From: Rhodothermus sp.
Lineage (GTDB): Bacteria; Bacteroidota; Rhodothermia; Rhodothermales; Rhodothermaceae
NCBI GenBank assembly: GCA_030950375.1
Contig: JAUZRN010000018.1
Coordinates: forward strand, 18,629-82,628
DNA: 64,000 bases
Direction of reading: 5' to 3'
Shown here: positions 61,254 to 64,000 of the stretch, piece by piece
How positions within the stretch are numbered: the stretch's first letter is position 1
How the letters are laid out: each line of letters starts with the position of its first letter
Made by a program: the position numbers and the translations under genes
The notes under the pieces: generated by a model
Seen by the model: the letters and a program-made list of their open reading frames with translations, nothing else
Told to the model about the DNA's origin: nothing
The model's database searches: none

Positions 61254-61496
61254 ATGATCACCAAAATCTTGCCTTTGCTACTGATTCTTTTACTTTATCC
61301 TCTGGTCTTTGCATGGAAAAGGATGCCGCCACTCTTTGCTTTGCTTATCGTAGGCGGACTGGTGCTGTTCTTTCTGGCCGTTGCCTTCGTGGAAGAACAG
61401 AACAGATATACTCATCTACTTTTTGCTACGATTGCTCTGGGAGCAGGCGTACGATACCTGAAAAGATATCGTCCGCTTCAGGCATCCTCAGATTAA
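61254..61496 (+). CDS. Small membrane protein (80 aa, about 3 TM)
   Basis: ATG start, three hydrophobic segments and a basic C-tail. Confidence 0.65.
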   Translation: MITKILPLLLILLLYPLVFAWKRMPPLFALLIVGGLVLFFLAVAFVEEQNRYTHLLFATIALGAGVRYLKRYRPLQASSD

Positions 61497-61651
61497 TGCT
61501 GGCCGCTACACCGTCAAACATCCGAGAGACCAGACGGGCTTCGTTGAAAAGACACGCTCTGTGGTGGGGAGGAGGCCAACCTTTTATTCTCGCCCGAAAT
61601 AGTTGCCATGCTTGAACGAACCATAGCGCTGCTTCGGCAGACACTTCCGCG

Positions 61652-62105
61652 GGTCCTCCGGACCAGCTCTCCCTTTAAGGGAGAGCCATCTAAGCCGGTT
61701 CGGCAGTGCAAATGGTAGCATAGCAGTAAACTACCCGAACAATGTGATCGATCATGCCGTCATCAAGGAGCATGGAAGTGTTTTTATCAGGTTCCCCCTC
61801 CCCCGGGGAGGGGGACAGGGGGAGGGGCTCTCCGTTCCCTATCGCTATCGTCCCAGACACCGTTGCGCTGACCAAGCCCTCAGTCGCTCTCGCGACAGCT
61901 CTCCCTACGAGAAGAAGCAGATTTCCTCGTTTGTAACGCTACTGCCAGAGCGCTGGCAAAGCTTCTGCTTTACATGCTCCCCTCCGAGGAGGGAACAAGC
62001 GAAAGGGCCTGCCTCCAACACCACTGCCGTCCCGTAGGCCAGGCACTCTTATCAGGCAACAACGTCCCCTCAGTCCTTCGGACAGCTTTCCCTTGTAGAG
62101 GAAGC
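61652..62105. repeat. Hairpin-repeat array C (5 units, alternating orientation)
   Basis: Forward 61652-61686, reverse 61792-61831, forward 61877-61919, reverse 61976-62009, forward 62066-62105. Confidence 0.8.
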
Positions 62106-62473
62106 AATTTTTGGAGTCTTGAACATTTACGGTAGAGCTGACTTCAACGTAACCGCTGGATTCCGTGCGACGTCAGATAGCAGAGCTGACCGTTGACTAC
62201 GCTTTCGAAACGACCATCTCTGGACGTCCAATGCAGCCATACACAGACAACGGCCGAACAGCAGCACAGCCCTCGCCTATTGCAAATGCGAATGCCAGTA
62301 CTACCATCAGCAACCATCCAGGCCTTTACACTAATGATACCTCCAAAGAGAAGGGAGACTTGACCTGATCCACGTTTATAGATATTATACTGATATGTTA
62401 AAGGAGTTTGCCTCTAAAGAGAAGGAGCTCTGTTCAGCCCATCATTACCGTTCAGACTAGCCAGGAGGAGTCC

Positions 62474-62734
62474 ATGAAGCTTCAAGACTGGCTGCCGATT
62501 TTACTGATGTCGGGCATCCTGTTGCTCTATCTCCCCTTCCGCCGGGTCTATCAACAGCTACCAGACTGGGCGGCCTACAGCCTCTACTGGGCTGTCATCG
62601 GCCTGATGGTGCTAGCGGCCTTCCTGAGTCAGGCTACCGAACATCTGGTTTTCATATTGGCCTTCTTTACGCTGGCCTTTGTCTACCTGGTGCATACCCG
62701 CCGGCAGCAGCAACAGACAGGCCGTGCTTCCTGA
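62474..62734 (+). CDS. Small membrane protein (86 aa, about 3 TM)
   Basis: Strong RBS AGGAGGAG before ATG 62474 and three hydrophobic segments. Confidence 0.75.
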   Translation: MKLQDWLPILLMSGILLLYLPFRRVYQQLPDWAAYSLYWAVIGLMVLAAFLSQATEHLVFILAFFTLAFVYLVHTRRQQQQTGRAS

Positions 62735-62876
62735 ACCACCGGTATCGGTAGCCCGAACTTTTTGTACCGCCCGGGCCGTCGGACGTGTATAACAGTGCGC
62801 CCTGCCGCCCCTGTCAGCCCCCTCGCCATTGGGGAAGCTGAGGCGACGGCCAGGCACCTGAACAGGTGGCGTCCAC

Positions 62877-64000
62877 TCAGCCTGCGGTCCGTAGTATCTC
62901 GAGCGGCAGGCGACGGTAAACGTGACGGTTGCCCAGCAGTCCGACCCCCAGCGTCAGCATTATGGCACTCAGTAGCGCTACCATCAGCACCTCCGGCGCC
63001 CACACGGGCGAAGCCTCAAACACCAGGCGGGCCAGCAATCCGGCTGCACCCACAGCCAGCACCAGTCCCACCATAGCCGCCAGCAATCCCAGCAACCCGT
63101 ACTCTACGGCTGTGATCTGCAGTACCTGGTGTTGCGAGGCTCCCAGCGTCTTGAGCAGCATGGTTTCCTCCTCACGAGCTACCCGCGTAACGGCAATCGC
63201 TCCCAGCAACACGATTACGCCGGTCAGCACGCTGAAAAGTGCCATGAACTGCAGCACCAGGGCAATGCGACCGAAGATTTCGTCGGCCACGTTCAGGATA
63301 AGCTGCAGATCAATGGCCGACACGTTCGGAAATGCTTCGATCACTGCCCGCTGAATGCGCGGCGAGGCAGAGCCGGCCCGCACCAGCAGCACGAACATCT
63401 GCGGAGCTTCTTCCAGCACGCCCTGTGGAAACAGCACGAAGAAATTCGTTCGAAATCGCCGCCAGTTCACCCGTCGAATACTTCCCACCACTGTGGAGAT
63501 CTCAACCCCCTGCACATCCCACACCAGCGTATCGCCGAGCGTTACGCCCAACTCAGCGGCTATCTCTTCTTCAAGCGAAATGGGCGGCACGGCCGTTCCG
63601 TGTGGCACTGCAGGCGTAAACGTGCCGGCCAGGAGCGTTTCGGTGTCCGTCAAATAGCTGCGATAGGATGAGCGGTACTCATGCCGAAAAGCCCAGCCCA
63701 GCCGAACGGTCGAGTCGGCCCGAAGCGCCTCAAGGCGACGGCCTTTGACAGCGGCCAGCCGCATCGTTACGATTGGTACGGTTTCGAGCACAGGCACCCC
63801 GCTCGCTTCGATGAGTGCCCTCAGGCTGTCCCGTTGATCAGGTTGCACATCGAAAAAGACCAGGTCAGGCCGTTCGCCCCCTCCGGCCTGCTGCACCTGC
63901 GCCAGGAGCGTCCGCTCGACCAGCAGCACCAGTACGACCAGGAACGTCCCCAGCCCGAGCGCCAGCGTCAGCACGAGCGTCTGGTTGTGCGGACGGTAAA
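62877..64000 (-). CDS. FtsX/YbbP-type ABC transporter permease, C-terminal part (5' end beyond the window)
   Basis: Frame open to the window edge (YRPHNQTLVL..), FFDVQPDQ, IVTMRL, TNFFVLF and LLKTLGAS. Confidence 0.9.
   Translation of the reverse strand, partial: YRPHNQTLVLTLALGLGTFLVVLVLLVERTLLAQVQQAGGGERPDLVFFDVQPDQRDSLRALIEASGVPVLETVPIVTMRLAAVKGRRLEALRADSTVRLGWAFRHEYRSSYRSYLTDTETLLAGTFTPAVPHGTAVPPISLEEEIAAELGVTLGDTLVWDVQGVEISTVVGSIRRVNWRRFRTNFFVLFPQGVLEEAPQMFVLLVRAGSASPRIQRAVIEAFPNVSAIDLQLILNVADEIFGRIALVLQFMALFSVLTGVIVLLGAIAVTRVAREEETMLLKTLGASQHQVLQITAVEYGLLGLLAAMVGLVLAVGAAGLLARLVFEASPVWAPEVLMVALLSAIMLTLGVGLLGNRHVYRRLPLEILRTAG

Noticed and set aside
3469-62105. CRISPR interpretation of the hairpin arrays
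   Set aside because: Units are degenerate and alternate in orientation, spacers vary widely in length and some are shared, and no cas genes are present.

Overview
This is a GC-rich chromosomal window that looks like Rhodothermus or a close relative (Rhodothermota/Bacteroidota-type genes, a T9SS C-terminal sorting domain, tmRNA tag ANDYSYAMAA). Most of it is housekeeping and metabolic: pcrA, wrbA, two M1 peptidases, a CNT nucleoside transporter, nfeD x2, an L,D-transpeptidase, fabI, suhB, coaX, udk, yaaA, a 31-aa bS22-like ribosomal protein missing from the ORF track, tmRNA, a phosphohexomutase, msrC, recN, secA, GH97, a LacI-associated sugar ABC cluster and a partial FtsX-like permease. Four things stand out. 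(1) An 11.7-kb three-gene operon (41.6-53.4 kb) encodes an outer-membrane beta-barrel, a 2656-aa secreted multidomain protein and a fibronectin-III chain protein, with no T9SS sorting domain on either large protein; it is a candidate uncharacterised surface-assembly or secretion system. (2) Three intergenic arrays (about 3.5-3.9, 30.9-31.4 and 61.7-62.1 kb) are built from one GC-rich hairpin repeat family in alternating orientation, with partly shared spacers and no mobilising enzyme in the window. (3) A 1445-aa mosaic T9SS cargo protein lies directly downstream of tmRNA. (4) A stand-alone six-hairpin glycosidase-like lipoprotein sits inside the sugar ABC operon. No CRISPR array, integrase, transposase, rRNA or tRNA was seen. 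All family assignments come from motif recognition by eye; no database searches were run.
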